From an uncultured Actinomycetota bacterium (GTDB lineage: Bacteria; Actinomycetota; Actinomycetes; Actinomycetales; Dermatophilaceae), in NCBI GenBank assembly GCA_963787725.1, contig CAWBEH010000008.1, forward strand, positions 64,806 through 128,805: DNA of 64,000 nt. Reading direction: 5' to 3'. The position numbers were made by a program, and so were the translations under genes. Shown piece by piece: positions 8,101 through 18,928 of the stretch. The notes under the pieces were generated by a model. It did not search any database, was not told where the DNA came from, and saw only the letters and a list, made by a program, of their open reading frames with translations. How positions within the stretch are numbered: position 1 is the first letter of the stretch; every line of letters begins with the position of its first letter.

Positions 8101-8601
8101 CTCCCCCGTCGCACCGTCAGCTAGCTCCCGCACGATGTCGAGATGCCCGGCGTGCCGCGCGTACTCCTGGATCAGGTGCAGCAGGACCCGCTCCAGCGGC
8201 GGCGGCCGGCCGTCGTCCCACCTGTCGCTCGGCGCGCCGAGGTCGCCGAGGTCGTGCGCCATGACCACCTCACGGGTGCGCTGTCCGCCGGCGTCGAACG
8301 CGTCGAGGAGGTCCTCGACGCGTTCGTCCGGCCCCGCATACCAGCGCTCGTCGCGTTCCTCGGCCCACGGGTCCGGCACGTCCACCCCCTCGAATCCCCA
8401 GACGATCCACCGGCGCTCGACGTTGAGCAGATGCTTCACGAGCGCGATCGGGGTCCAGCCGGAGGAGAGCCGACTGGTTCGCAGAGCAGAGTCGTCGAGG
8501 CCGGTGACCTTCTCGCGGACCACCCAGCGGTAGTAGTCGAGGTACTCGAGGAGCACCTCCCGTCGGTCGTCGCGCGGGTTCGTCGGTTCCGGGAACTCCA
8601 T
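8098..8601 (-). CDS. DinB/DUF664 family protein
   Basis: MEFPEPT...EVLLEYLDYYR...SGWTPIALVKHLLNVERRW...HLIQEYARHAGHLDIVRELADG; start overlaps the ppk2 stop. Confidence 0.85.
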   Translation of the reverse strand: MEFPEPTNPRDDRREVLLEYLDYYRWVVREKVTGLDDSALRTSRLSSGWTPIALVKHLLNVERRWIVWGFEGVDVPDPWAEERDERWYAGPDERVEDLLDAFDAGGQRTREVVMAHDLGDLGAPSDRWDDGRPPPLERVLLHLIQEYARHAGHLDIVRELADGATGE

Positions 8602-9464
8602 CAGCTGGCGTCGAGCCGAGCCAGCTCCGCTGCGACGTCGAAATCCATCACCGGCCAGGTCGGCGCCATGTCGGTGAGCGCGTCGAGCAGCAGCTGCTGC
8701 ACGGCGTACCGCGCGTACCACTTCTTGTTGGCCGGCACGACGTACCAGGGCGCCCCGTTGGTCGACGTCCTGGTGAGCGCGACCTGGTACGCCTCCATGT
8801 AGTCGTCCCAGTGCATCCGCTCGTCGACGTCACCAGGGTTGTACTTGTAGTGCTTGTCCGGCCGTTCGAGCCGTTCGCGCAGCCGGGCCTTCTGCTCGTC
8901 CTTGGAGATGTGCGTCATCACCTTGACGATGCGGGTGCCCGACGCGATGACCTCCCGCTCGAAGGCGTTGATCTGGGCGTACCGCTTCAGCCACTCGCTC
9001 TTGGGCACGAGGTCATGCACCCGGACGACGAGGACGTCCTCGTAGTGGGACCGGTCGAACACCCCGATCTTCCCGGGACCCGGCAGCGCGTTGCGGATCC
9101 GCCAGAGGAAGTCGTGCTTGCGCTCCTGGTCGGTCGGGGCCTTGAAGGCGGTCGCCCGAATCCCCTCGGGGTCGATCTGGCTGACCACGTGGCGCATGAT
9201 CCCCCCCTTGCCGGAGGTGTCCATCCCCTGTACGACCAGGAGGACCGAACGCTTCCCGCCCCCTCTCGACTCGGCGTGGAGCTTCTCCTGCCAGTCGCCC
9301 AGCTCGGCCGCGTGCTCCGCCAGCGCCTTCTTGCCCTTGGTCTTCCCGCCGTCGAACCCGGGCGTGCTCTCGCAGTCGACGTCCGCGAGTCGGAACCCCT
9401 CGCCTACGCGGAGCAGCTCTTCGATCGTCGCCGAGGGGGTGTCCTTCGCCTTTGTCTTCGCCAT
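8601..9464 (-). CDS. ppk2: polyphosphate kinase 2 family (class III-like)
   Basis: QGMDTSGKGG Walker A, FKAPT, FDRSHYEDV, ISKDEQKARLRERL, PWYVVPANKKWY. Confidence 0.92.
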   Translation of the reverse strand: MAKTKAKDTPSATIEELLRVGEGFRLADVDCESTPGFDGGKTKGKKALAEHAAELGDWQEKLHAESRGGGKRSVLLVVQGMDTSGKGGIMRHVVSQIDPEGIRATAFKAPTDQERKHDFLWRIRNALPGPGKIGVFDRSHYEDVLVVRVHDLVPKSEWLKRYAQINAFEREVIASGTRIVKVMTHISKDEQKARLRERLERPDKHYKYNPGDVDERMHWDDYMEAYQVALTRTSTNGAPWYVVPANKKWYARYAVQQLLLDALTDMAPTWPVMDFDVAAELARLDAS

Positions 9465-9515
9465 GTCAGCCATCCTGCCGGGGCCGGCTGGGCCCCGCCA
9501 CGCCATACTCACCGC

Positions 9516-10271
9516 ATGCGCCTCCTCCTGGCGGACCTGCCCGCCATCGGGGACCTCGGCCTCGGCGAGCCGCTCGACGACGCGGCGCTCTCGGCGCTCT
9601 ACGTGGCGCTCCCCCGCGACGGCGTCTGGGTCCGGGCGAACTTCGCCACCAGCCTCGACGGCGCGATCACCGGCCCCGACGGCCGGTCGGGCTCGGTCAA
9701 CTCCGCCGCGGACCATGTCGTGTTCGAGCTGCTCCGGGGCCTGAGCGACGTCGTCGTCGTCGGGGCCGGCACGCTGCGGTCCGAGGGCTACACCGCCCTG
9801 TCGGTGGCGAACCGCTGGCAGGCAACGCGATCCGCGTTCGGTCTCGCTGCCGCGCTGCCCCTGGTATGCGTCTCGAACTCGGGCGAGGTGCCTCCCCGGC
9901 TGCGTGACGCACCGCGCGGCACGGTCCTGATGGCGACGCATACCGGCTCTCCCGGGCTAGCGGAGGCGCGAGCGGTGCTCGGCGACGAGCAGGTGCTCGT
10001 CTGCGGCGAGGAGGCCGTCGACGACGTCCGGCTCGTCGCGATGCTCGCCGACCGGGGGTGGGACCGGATCCTCACCGAGGGCGGTCCGCACCTGGCAGGG
10101 TCGATGGTCGCTGCCGGCGTCCTCGACGAGGTGTGCCTGTCGCTCACTCCCGTCGTCGTCGGCGGTCACGGGCCGCGGATGACCTCCGCCGTGGCGACCG
10201 TGACCGGCTACCTCCCTCGGGTGCTGGTCGAGGAGGACGGCACGGTGATGGGCCGCTGGTTCCGCACCTGA
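9516..10271 (+). CDS. RibD C-terminal / dihydrofolate reductase family protein
   Basis: WVRANFATSLDGA, DVVVVGAGTLRSEGY, ILTEGGPHL, DEVCLSLTP. Confidence 0.85.
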   Translation: MRLLLADLPAIGDLGLGEPLDDAALSALYVALPRDGVWVRANFATSLDGAITGPDGRSGSVNSAADHVVFELLRGLSDVVVVGAGTLRSEGYTALSVANRWQATRSAFGLAAALPLVCVSNSGEVPPRLRDAPRGTVLMATHTGSPGLAEARAVLGDEQVLVCGEEAVDDVRLVAMLADRGWDRILTEGGPHLAGSMVAAGVLDEVCLSLTPVVVGGHGPRMTSAVATVTGYLPRVLVEEDGTVMGRWFRT

Positions 10272-10276
10272 CCGGC

Positions 10277-11464
10277 TCAGCGGGTCAGGAAGGCGGCCAG
10301 CACCCGCTCCCAGCGGACCGTGTCGAGGTTCCACTCCTTGCAGTGCCGGGCGGTGTCCCACGGCTCCAGCGTCACGACGTCGGGCCGGGCCTCCGCGAGG
10401 GCGAGGGACGGCCCGGCGGGGACGAACTCGTCGTCCACCGAGTGCTGGATGAGGATGCGGTGCCGGATCTCGTCGGCCCGGGCCACCCAGTTGGTCAGGG
10501 CGACGTCCACGGGGTCATGGACCCCGACGAGGTGCCTCGTGGCGCGGCGGCCCATGACCAGCGTGCCGAGGTCACGCAGTGGCGGTGGGATGTGGTGCAG
10601 TCGGGCGTGGTGGGCCAGGACGTCGCCCCAGTCCACCACCGGCGCGTCGAGGAAGACCGCGTCGACGAAGTCGCCGGTCGCGGTCTGCTTGAGCGTCTGC
10701 AGGACCACCGCTCCGCCCATCGACCACCCGCCGAGGACTGCTCCCGACGCACCGGCGGCCGCCGCATACTCCAGGGCCGACTCGACGTCGCGCCACTCGC
10801 TGAGACCGAGGTTGTAGCGCCCGTCCGGCGCCGGCGGAGCGTTCGGGTCGTTGCGGTACGTGATGACCAGGCAGGTGAAGCCGAGCCGGAGGAGGACGGG
10901 CAGCGCGCGGAGGCACTCCTCGCGGCGGGCCGCCCGGCCGTGGACGAGCACCGCCCAGCGGCCGTTCGCCTGCCGCGGTTCGAGCAGCCACGCCGGCATC
11001 GGGCCGAGCTCGCCCTCGACGGCCACGTCGCGGTACGGCAGACCGATGCTCGTCATCGGGTCGGTCCAGTAGTAGTACGAGTTCCAGCGGGCCGGCCCGG
11101 GCGTCAGCTCCCCCCTGTCGACCGCGATGAGCTGGCGGACCACGGTTCCCGCACGGTCGTCCCGTTCGAGAATGTCGCCGACGCGTGCGTGGCCGGCGCC
11201 GCCGCCGAGCCAGAGGCCGTACCGCCCGGGGACCACCGTCTCGGGCCCCAGGGCCAAGGTGACCCGGTCCAGCCCCACGTCGAGGATCTCGGTGTCGTCC
11301 GGGCGCCGGTGGTCCGGAGTGAGCACCTTGCGCGCGAAGTACGTGGCCGTGACGAGCGACCCGCTGACCGCGGCGCCCACGACCGCCGCGCTGCTGGCCC
11401 CGGTGATCCACAGCACCTTCTGCGCCGTCCGGGCGTCGACGCGGGTGGGTGGCACGCCCGCCAT
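10277..11464 (-). CDS. alpha/beta hydrolase (S9-like) with N-terminal hydrophobic anchor
   Basis: VLVHG oxyanion loop, GWSMGG nucleophile, HSVDDEFVP, ARHCKEWN. Confidence 0.85.
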   Translation of the reverse strand: MAGVPPTRVDARTAQKVLWITGASSAAVVGAAVSGSLVTATYFARKVLTPDHRRPDDTEILDVGLDRVTLALGPETVVPGRYGLWLGGGAGHARVGDILERDDRAGTVVRQLIAVDRGELTPGPARWNSYYYWTDPMTSIGLPYRDVAVEGELGPMPAWLLEPRQANGRWAVLVHGRAARREECLRALPVLLRLGFTCLVITYRNDPNAPPAPDGRYNLGLSEWRDVESALEYAAAAGASGAVLGGWSMGGAVVLQTLKQTATGDFVDAVFLDAPVVDWGDVLAHHARLHHIPPPLRDLGTLVMGRRATRHLVGVHDPVDVALTNWVARADEIRHRILIQHSVDDEFVPAGPSLALAEARPDVVTLEPWDTARHCKEWNLDTVRWERVLAAFLTR

Positions 11465-11520
11465 CGTCTCAGGCGAGCCGTTGCGGCCCCTCTCGACGTC
11501 CCACCCGACTCCCCGTCCGT

Positions 11521-11583
11521 CGCCGAAAGGCCAACTTCGGTCGTCAAAAGGCTCGGATAGCGACAGAAGTTGGCCTTTCGGCG
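11521..11583. repeat. REP-like intergenic palindrome, copy 1
   Basis: Arms CGCCGAAAGGCCAACTTC (11521-11538) / GAAGTTGGCCTTTCGGCG (11566-11583). Confidence 0.85.
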
Positions 11584-11653
11584 GGAGGTGGCGGAGCTCT
11601 GAGCAGAGTCAGGACAGGGACCAGGGTTGGTAGGCCTCGGTAGGTTGGCCGGC

Positions 11654-12727
11654 GTGAAGCAGCCTGTCGACCTGCCCGTCTCTCCCATGCTCGCCAAGGC
11701 CGTCAAGGAGGTCCCCGCCGCCGACAGCGTGGCCGGCGGCCTGGTCTACGAGCCGAAGTGGGACGGGTTCCGCTGTCTGGTGCTGCGGGACGGGGACGAG
11801 GTGGAGCTGGCCAGCCGGGGCAGCAAGCCGCTCACGCCGTACTTCCCGGAGGTGGTCGAGAACGTCCGACGCCTCCTCCCGGAGAAGTGCGTCGTCGACG
11901 CCGAGATCGTCGTGCGCAGTGGCCCGCGCGGTGAGGAGCGGCTGCAGTGGGAGCACCTGTCCCAGCGCATCCACCCGGCGGAGTCACGGATCCGCAAGCT
12001 CTCCCAGGAGACGCCGGCGGAGCTGGTGTGCTTCGACCTCCTGGCGCTGGGCGACGAGTCCCTGATGGACCTGTCCTTCAAGGAGCGCCGGGCGCGCCTC
12101 GAGAAGGCCCTGAAGAGGCTCAAGGACGACGACCCCATCCACCTCACCCAGGTCACCACGGACGCCGACGTCGCGCGCGACTGGTTCGAGCGGTTCGAGG
12201 GAGCGGGGCTGGACGGCGTGGTCGCCAAGCCGCTCGAGCAGGCGTACGCCCCCGGCAAGCGCACCATGCTGAAGGTCAAGCACCACCGCACCGCTGACGC
12301 CGTCGTCTACGGGTATCGGGTGCACAAGTCCGGGCAGGGCGTCGGGTCTCTTCTGCTCGGGCTCTACACCGAGTCCGAGGGCGAGGACCGGCTGGTCGGG
12401 GTAGGCGGCATCGCGGCGTTCACCCAGAAGCGTCGCCTGGAGCTCGTCGACGAGTTCGAGCCCCTGGTCGTCCGGGACGAGGACGGCGCCCCGAAGGAAG
12501 CGGCGACCGACCGCTCGCGGTTCTCGTCGGCCAAGGACGTCTCCTATGTGCCGGTGCGTCCGGAGCGCGTGGTCGAGGTGGCCTTCGACCAGATGGAGGG
12601 GTCCCGGTTCCGGCACGCGGTGACCTTCCTGCGCTGGCGGCCGGACCGCGAGCCGACCTCGTGCCGGCTCGACCAGGTCGAGCGCGCCCCGGCCTACGAC
12701 CTCGCCGAGGTCCTCACGACCGGTTGA
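11654..12727 (+). CDS. ligC: ATP-dependent DNA ligase LigC
   Basis: PMLAK, YEPKWDGFR (adenylated Lys), DAEIV, FDLL, GLDGVVAK, KVKH, RFRH...RWRPDR. Confidence 0.92.
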   Translation: MKQPVDLPVSPMLAKAVKEVPAADSVAGGLVYEPKWDGFRCLVLRDGDEVELASRGSKPLTPYFPEVVENVRRLLPEKCVVDAEIVVRSGPRGEERLQWEHLSQRIHPAESRIRKLSQETPAELVCFDLLALGDESLMDLSFKERRARLEKALKRLKDDDPIHLTQVTTDADVARDWFERFEGAGLDGVVAKPLEQAYAPGKRTMLKVKHHRTADAVVYGYRVHKSGQGVGSLLLGLYTESEGEDRLVGVGGIAAFTQKRRLELVDEFEPLVVRDEDGAPKEAATDRSRFSSAKDVSYVPVRPERVVEVAFDQMEGSRFRHAVTFLRWRPDREPTSCRLDQVERAPAYDLAEVLTTG

Positions 12728-13124
12728 GCACGGCGGCCATGACCGGCAGCTGGAAGTACGCGGCCGTGGCGCGGGCGTCGGGCGAGCCCAGTGCCGGGTC
12801 GGCGCCCGCGTCGAGGAGGGCCTCGACGATCCCGAGGTTCTGACGGAACACGGCGGCCACCAACGCGGTCTGGGCGCGGCCGCTCACCCGGTTCGGGTCG
12901 GCGCCGCGCTCGAGCAGCGCCCGGACCAGGTCCGGGTGCTCGTGGTAGGCCGCGAGGAGCAGCAGCGTGTCGCCGTTCGCGTTGGTGAGGTCGACCGGCA
13001 CGCCGCGGTCGACGTAGGCAGCCACCGTCGCCGCGTCGCCGGCCCGGACCAGGTCGAACACCGTGTTGAGGAACTCGACCTGCTCGTCGGTCAGCTCGAC
13101 CCGCTCCTCGGACCGGTCGCTCAC
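12714..13124 (-). CDS. ankyrin-repeat protein
   Basis: NANGDTLLLLAAYHEHPDLVRALLERGADPN and GRAQTALVAAVF...LLDAGADP repeats; GTG overlaps the Prim-PolC stop (GTGA). Confidence 0.85.
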   Translation of the reverse strand: MSDRSEERVELTDEQVEFLNTVFDLVRAGDAATVAAYVDRGVPVDLTNANGDTLLLLAAYHEHPDLVRALLERGADPNRVSGRAQTALVAAVFRQNLGIVEALLDAGADPALGSPDARATAAYFQLPVMAAVLNRS

Positions 13125-14248
13125 CGTCTCCTCCGCCTCGGCGAGTCCCAGCCGCCGGGCGGCTCCTCCGGGTTGTCCCGCATGTAGCCACCCTCGTCCG
13201 GGAGATACTCGGAGTCCTCGTAGCGCTTCTTCGACGGCTGCACCCGGGGCGGCTCGCCCGGCATCTTGGGGTAGTCGGGCGGGAAGTTCAGCTCGGGCAG
13301 CCCGTCCGCCGCGTCCCGCTCCCACCAGGCGAGCGCTCCGTCGATGGTGCCCACCGAGTCGGGCATCGACGCCCAGGGGTCCTGGCCCTTCTCGACCAGC
13401 GGGGGCACGGTCCGCACGGTGAAGTCGGACGGGGAGACGTCGGTGAGGTCGTCCCAGGCCACCGGCATACTCACCGGCGCTCCCTTCAGCGGGCGGGGGC
13501 TGAACGCCGAAGCGATGGTCCGGTCGCGGTTGGCCTGGTTGAAGTCGACGAACACCTTCTCGCCGCGCTCCTCCTTCCACCACGACGTGGTCACGAGGTC
13601 GGGGAGGCGGCGCTCCAGCTCGCGAGCGATGGCGATGACGCCGTGCCGGACGTCGAGGAACTCGTGGGTCGGCTCGATCCGGGCGTGCACGTGCACCCCG
13701 CGGTTCCCTGAGGTCTTCGCGTATGCGGTGAGGTCCAGGTCCGCGAGCACCGCCTTGAGCTCGAGGGCGGCCACGGCCGCGTCGTGGAAGTCGCGGCCGG
13801 GCTGCGGGTCGAGGTCGATGCGCAGCTCGTCGGGGTTGTCGGTGTCGCCCTTCCTGCCGGTCACCGACACCGGCCAGGGGTGCAGGGTGATGGTGTTCAT
13901 CTGGACCGCCCACACCGCGACGGCCAGCTCGTTGAGGACCAGCTGCGGATGCTTCCGGCCCGACGGGTAGGTGAGCGTGACGGTCTGGGCGTACTCGGGG
14001 ACGCCGCGCGGCGGGTTCTTCGCGAAGAACTCCTCGCCGTCGATCCCCGTCGGGAACCGCTGCAGGGTGATCGGTCGGTGGCCCACGATCGGCATGAACC
14101 ACGGGCCGACCGTCACGAGGTACTCGGCCAGCTCGAGCTTGGTGATGCCGGTCCCCGGCCAGAGCTCGCGGCCCGGGCTCGAGATGCGCACCTCGCGGGC
14201 GCCGTCCGGGCCGGGGACCTCCAGCGTCGTCGCGTCCTTGGCGGCCAT
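13121..14248 (-). CDS. stand-alone LigD-type primase-polymerase (Prim-PolC)
   Basis: ITKLELAEY, LQRFPTG...FFAKNPP, DELRIDLDP, KTSGNRGVHV, VFVDFNQ, PVSMPVAW. Confidence 0.9.
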   Translation of the reverse strand: MAAKDATTLEVPGPDGAREVRISSPGRELWPGTGITKLELAEYLVTVGPWFMPIVGHRPITLQRFPTGIDGEEFFAKNPPRGVPEYAQTVTLTYPSGRKHPQLVLNELAVAVWAVQMNTITLHPWPVSVTGRKGDTDNPDELRIDLDPQPGRDFHDAAVAALELKAVLADLDLTAYAKTSGNRGVHVHARIEPTHEFLDVRHGVIAIARELERRLPDLVTTSWWKEERGEKVFVDFNQANRDRTIASAFSPRPLKGAPVSMPVAWDDLTDVSPSDFTVRTVPPLVEKGQDPWASMPDSVGTIDGALAWWERDAADGLPELNFPPDYPKMPGEPPRVQPSKKRYEDSEYLPDEGGYMRDNPEEPPGGWDSPRRRRR

Positions 14249-14402
14249 GTCCGCCAGCCTAGACAAGGCGGCCGCAATTCTTGACCCGGTGTTTACCCGG
14301 TATGCCTCGCTTTCGCGCGGTATGCGGGGCTAGGTTTCTCCGATTCGCGGCGTCACCCTGCCGCGGTGTCTCTCTCCGTCCACCCGAGATCCGGAGCGCC
14401 CT

Positions 14403-17400
14403 GTGTCGTTGTCGTCGCTGTCCTCCCCTGCCCGCCGCCTCGCCGCCTTTGCGTTGCTCCCCCTGGTGGGAACCGCCGCCCTCGTCAGTGCCGCTCCCAC
14501 CGCCCAGGCCGTCGACATCACGTCGCCGGTGGTGATCAGCGAGGTCTACGGAGGTGGCGGGCAACAGCGGCGCGCCGTATCAGCAACGACTTCATCGAGC
14601 TCTACAACAACGGGACCACCACCGTCGACCTCTCCACGTGGTCCGTCCAGTACGCCGCGGCGGCCGGGCCGACCGGAACGCTGAACTGGAGCATCAAGAC
14701 CAACCTGAGCGGCTCCATCCCGGCGAAGTCGTTCTATCTCATCCAGGAGGCGGCGGGCACCACGCCCAGCACGCCGCTGCCGACCCCGGATGTCGTCGGC
14801 ACCATCGCCATGAGCGCGACGGCTGGAAAGGTGGCGCTCGTGAGCAACCAGACGAACCTGGCTTGCGGCAGGTGACTGCGACGGGTCCGTCTGGGGTCGT
14901 CGACTTCGTCGGCTACGGCGGCGCCAACGATGACTTCGCCAGGGCTCCGGCGCCGGGCTTGCGCAACGACGAACTTCACGTCGGTCCAGCGCAAGATTGA
15001 CCCCTTCACCAATACGGGGAACAACGGCGACGACTTCACGGTGGGGGCACCGACACCGAAGGCTCCCCCGATTGTGGTGACCCCGCCGGTCGACTGCGCC
15101 GCGAGCCCGGCTGACCCCGCCTGCCAGCCGGGCCCGAAGTCCATCCAGGACATCCAGGGCAGCGGCTTCCTCTCGCTCGACAACGGGGCAACCGTGGACC
15201 GCGTCCCGGGAATCGTCACGGCTGTCCGCACGATCGGTAGCAGTCCAGGCTTCTGGATCCAGCAGACCAGCGCCGACGGCTCCCGGCCGGCGGCGTCGTC
15301 GGGGATCTTCGTCTTCACCGGAACCGTCGCCATCACCATGCCTGCCATCGGTGACTCGGTCCTCGTGACCGGGAGAGTCTCCGAGTTCTACGTCAGTGGC
15401 GCACCAGCGACCTCCGACAGCGTCTCCATCACGGAGATCACCCCGACCCTCGTGACCAAGGTCAGCTCCGGCAACGCGCTGCCCGCCCCGCTGGTCATCA
15501 CCCCGACGTCCGTTCCCGACACCTACGTTCCGCCGCTGCCGGCCGGCACGAACAACGTCGAGTCGATCACCACGGTCGACCCCAGCCGTTCCACACTGGA
15601 GTTCTGGGAGGCCCACGAGGGGATGCTCGTCACGGTCAACGACGTGCGCGTCGTCGGTCCGGGCCAGCAGGAGTTCGGTGAGATCTACGTGACCACCAAG
15701 CCGGGTGAGCTGGCGACGCCCCGCGGCGGCACGTACATCAACAGCTATACCGAGACGCCCACCGGCCGGCTGCTGATCCTGCCGGTCAACCGCCAGGTCC
15801 CCGCCGCCAACGTGGGCGACGTCCTCAGCGGAGCCACGACCGGGCCCGTCGACTGGTCCACCTTCGGCGGCTATGCCGTCGCCGCCACCACCGTCGGCAC
15901 TTACGTCGACAACGACCTTCAGCCGACCTCGGCGACCGCGCAGGCGGCCGACCAGCTGGCCATCGCGACGTACAACGTCGAGAACCTCGACGCCGGGCGA
16001 CGCCGACGACAAGTTCGCCCGGCTGGCCAGGGGGCATCGTCGACCAACCTCGAGTCGCCGGACATCATCGCGGTCGAGGAGATCCAGGACAACAACGGGG
16101 CCACCAACAACGGGGTCGTCGACGCGGACGCAGACCCTGAACCAGCTCACGGCGGCTATCACCGACCGCCGGCGGACCGACCTACGAGTGGATCGCAGAT
16201 CAACCCGGTGAACGATCGGGACGGCGGCGAGCCCGGCGGGAACATCCGCTCGGCGTTCCTCTACGACCCCACGCGGGTCAGCCTCGCGCCGGGGACGGCC
16301 GGCGGCTCGACCCAGCCCGTCGCGGTCTCGGCCGGTGCCGACGGCACGGCGACGCTCAGCCTCAACCCCGGCCGCGTCGACCCGACGAACGCCGCGTGGA
16401 CGGCCTCGCGAAAGCCGCTCGCCGCGGAGTTCGTGTTCCAGGGCCGCAAGGTCATCGTCGTGGCCAACCACTTCAACTCCAAGGGAGGCGACCAGAGCGC
16501 CGACGGCCGGTTCCAGCCGCCGAACCGGTCCTCCGAGGTCCAGCGGACGCAGCAGGCCACGGTGCTCAACGCCTTCGTCAAGCAGGTGCTGGCCGCCGAC
16601 CCGAACGCCAACGTCGTGCTGGCCGGTGACTTCAACGACTACCAGTTCTCGGGGCCGATGAAGACTCTGACGGACAACGGAGCGACCCTCACCGACCTCA
16701 TCACGACGCTTCCGGAGAACCAGCGGTACACCTACATCTTCAACGGCGTGAGCCAGGTCCTGGACCACATCTTCGTGACCAAGCCGGTGACCGACGTGCA
16801 GTACGAGGTGATCCACAACAACGCCGAGTTCGCCGACCAGGCCTCCGACCACGACCCGCAGGTCGTGCGGATCCGGCCGACGATCCGGCAGGGGACGCTG
16901 ACCCTCGACCCGGCCACGGTCACCGTGCCGGGCACAACGACGGTGCGGCTGGCCGGCTGGTATCCCAACCGGACGTTCACCGTGACCCTCGACGGGAGCA
17001 CCACGCTCGGGACCGTCACCACGGACGCCACCGGGGCCGCCACCCTGGTCGTCCCCGTCACCGGCGCCACCGGCGTCGGGACGCACACGGTCGCGGTGAC
17101 CTCGGCGACCGACGGGGCCACGGCCAGCGCCACCCTGACGCTCAAGGCGACCCTCGGCACCGTCGTCCTGTCGCCGCCCAAGGTGAAGTCCGGCAAGCAG
17201 GTCAAGGTCGAGCTGTTCGGCTGGTCCCCCGGCCTTCCGCTGACCGTCCTGCTCGACGGCACCACTGCCCTGGGCACGCTGACCACCGACGCCTCGGGCT
17301 ACGCGCAGCTCAAGGTCACGATCGCTGCCGGGACGTCTGCGGGAGCCCACCAGGTCGTGGTCCGAGCGGCGGACGGCAGCCAGGTGTCGGCGGCGCTCGA

Positions 17401-17413
17401 GGTGAGCCGCTGA
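14403..17413 (+). pseudogene. secreted ExeM/NucH-type endonuclease (signal peptide, lamin-tail domain, OB fold, EEP nuclease, two C-terminal Ig-like repeats) broken by multiple indels
   Basis: VVISEVYGGGG/NDFIELYN (LTD), SIQDIQG, ATYNVENL, PDIIAVEEIQDN, NHFNSKGGD, LAGDFND, LDHIF, SDHDP; the reading frame jumps repeatedly between ~14560 and ~16200. Confidence 0.8.
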
Positions 17414-17474
17414 TTCCGAGGAGGCCGCCCGGCGTCGGCGGCGTCAACACGAGGGTGTGCGCAGACCCGAGGGT

Positions 17475-17519
17475 CGCGCGCAGGTTCGAGTCATTGCGCG
17501 CAGGTTGCAACCTGCGCGC
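17475..17519. repeat. 24-bp perfect palindrome with an adjacent direct copy of one arm
   Basis: GCGCGCAGGTTG|CAACCTGCGCGC at 17496-17519; CGCGCGCAGGTT also at 17475-17486. Confidence 0.75.
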
Positions 17520-17702
17520 GGCGTGAGTTAGCTGCGCGAACTCTCGCGCCGGAGCGTGAGCGGTTCTTGACACCAGGGAGTCAAAGGGCAGTGAGCGGAG
17601 GTTGTGGCCGGCTTACGGCCCTCGCGGCGGTTGGCGCGAGGGGAACGTCGTGCGCACCATGGATGTTGACCAGGGTGCCCACCCGACCTTGAGGAGCCGT
17701 TC

Positions 17703-18209
17703 GTGAGCCTGTTCAGCAAGAAGTCCCTTCCGTCGACCGACCCGGCGGGCGCCGCATACCCCGTGGCGAAGACTGATGAGGACTGGCGCGCGGAGCTGTC
17801 GCCGTCCGAGTTCCACGTCCTGCGCGAGGCGGGCACCGAGCGGCCGTTCGTCGGCGAGTACACCGACACGAAGACCGAGGGCGTCTACTCGTGCCGCGCC
17901 TGCGGGGCCGAGCTGTTCCGCAGCGACACCAAGTTCGACTCGCACTGCGGGTGGCCGTCGTTCTACGCCCCCCTCGCTGAGGACCGCGTCGAGTACATCG
18001 AGGACCGGAGCTTCGGCTCCGTGCGCACCGAGGTGCGTTGCAAGAACTGCGGCTCGCACCTCGGGCACGTCTTCGAGGGCGAGGGCTACGGAACCCCGAC
18101 CGACCAGCGGTACTGCATCAACTCGATCAGCCTCCGCCTCGAGCCCAAGACGGTGCCGACCGACGCACCGGAGCGGCTCGACCGGGAGCAGCTCCGCTCG
18201 GACCGCTAG
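17703..18209 (+). CDS. msrB: peptide-methionine (R)-S-oxide reductase
   Basis: [39 protein letters not shown]. Confidence 0.95.
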   Translation: MSLFSKKSLPSTDPAGAAYPVAKTDEDWRAELSPSEFHVLREAGTERPFVGEYTDTKTEGVYSCRACGAELFRSDTKFDSHCGWPSFYAPLAEDRVEYIEDRSFGSVRTEVRCKNCGSHLGHVFEGEGYGTPTDQRYCINSISLRLEPKTVPTDAPERLDREQLRSDR

Positions 18210-18210
18210 G

Positions 18211-18924
18211 TCACCGTAGGTTCGCGACGAGGTCCTCGATCGACACCCGAGTGCCGGTGTAGAAGGGGACCTCCTCGCGGACGTGCCGTCGCGCCTGTGA
18301 CGCGCGCAGGTCGCGCATCAGGTCGACGATGCGGTGCAGCTCGTCGGCCTCGAAGGCCAGGACCCACTCGTAGTCGCCCAGGGCGAACGACGCCACGGTG
18401 TTGGCGCGCACGTCCGGGTAGTCGCGGGCCATCTGGCCGTGCTCGACGAGCATGTCGCGGCGCTCGGCGTCGTCGAGCAGGTACCAGTCGTAGGACCGCA
18501 CGAAGGGGTACACGCAGACGTACGCGCGCGGGTCCTCCCCGGCGAGGAACGCCGGTACATGGCTCTTGTTGAACTCCGCCGGCCGGTGCAGCGCGACGAC
18601 GGACCACACCGGCTCCAGCGCGGCACCGAGCTCGGTGCGAAGGAACCGGTGGTACGCGGACTGGAGCTGCTCGACGGTCTCGGCGTGCCACCAGATCATG
18701 ACGTCGGCGTCGGCCCGCAGACCCGCGACGTCATAGATCCCCCGCACTACGACGCCGTCGTCGACGACGTCGGCGAGGAGAGCCGCCGCCTCCGCCGCCA
18801 CCTTGTCGCGGTCCTCCCCCACAGGCTGGACCGAGGCGAACACCGACCACATGGCATACCGGATCGAGTCGTTGATCTCCCGGACCACGGACGGCGCGGG
18901 TTTGCGGGTGGGGCGTTCGCTCAT
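18211..18924 (-). CDS. hemQ: coproheme decarboxylase (ChdC)
   Basis: [46 protein letters not shown]; in the heme cluster. Confidence 0.92.
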   Translation of the reverse strand: MSERPTRKPAPSVVREINDSIRYAMWSVFASVQPVGEDRDKVAAEAAALLADVVDDGVVVRGIYDVAGLRADADVMIWWHAETVEQLQSAYHRFLRTELGAALEPVWSVVALHRPAEFNKSHVPAFLAGEDPRAYVCVYPFVRSYDWYLLDDAERRDMLVEHGQMARDYPDVRANTVASFALGDYEWVLAFEADELHRIVDLMRDLRASQARRHVREEVPFYTGTRVSIEDLVANLR

Positions 18925-18928
18925 GACC

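Noticed and set aside
14546-17350. 934-aa minus-strand ORF
   Set aside because: Antisense shadow of the nuclease gene, typical of high-GC DNA.
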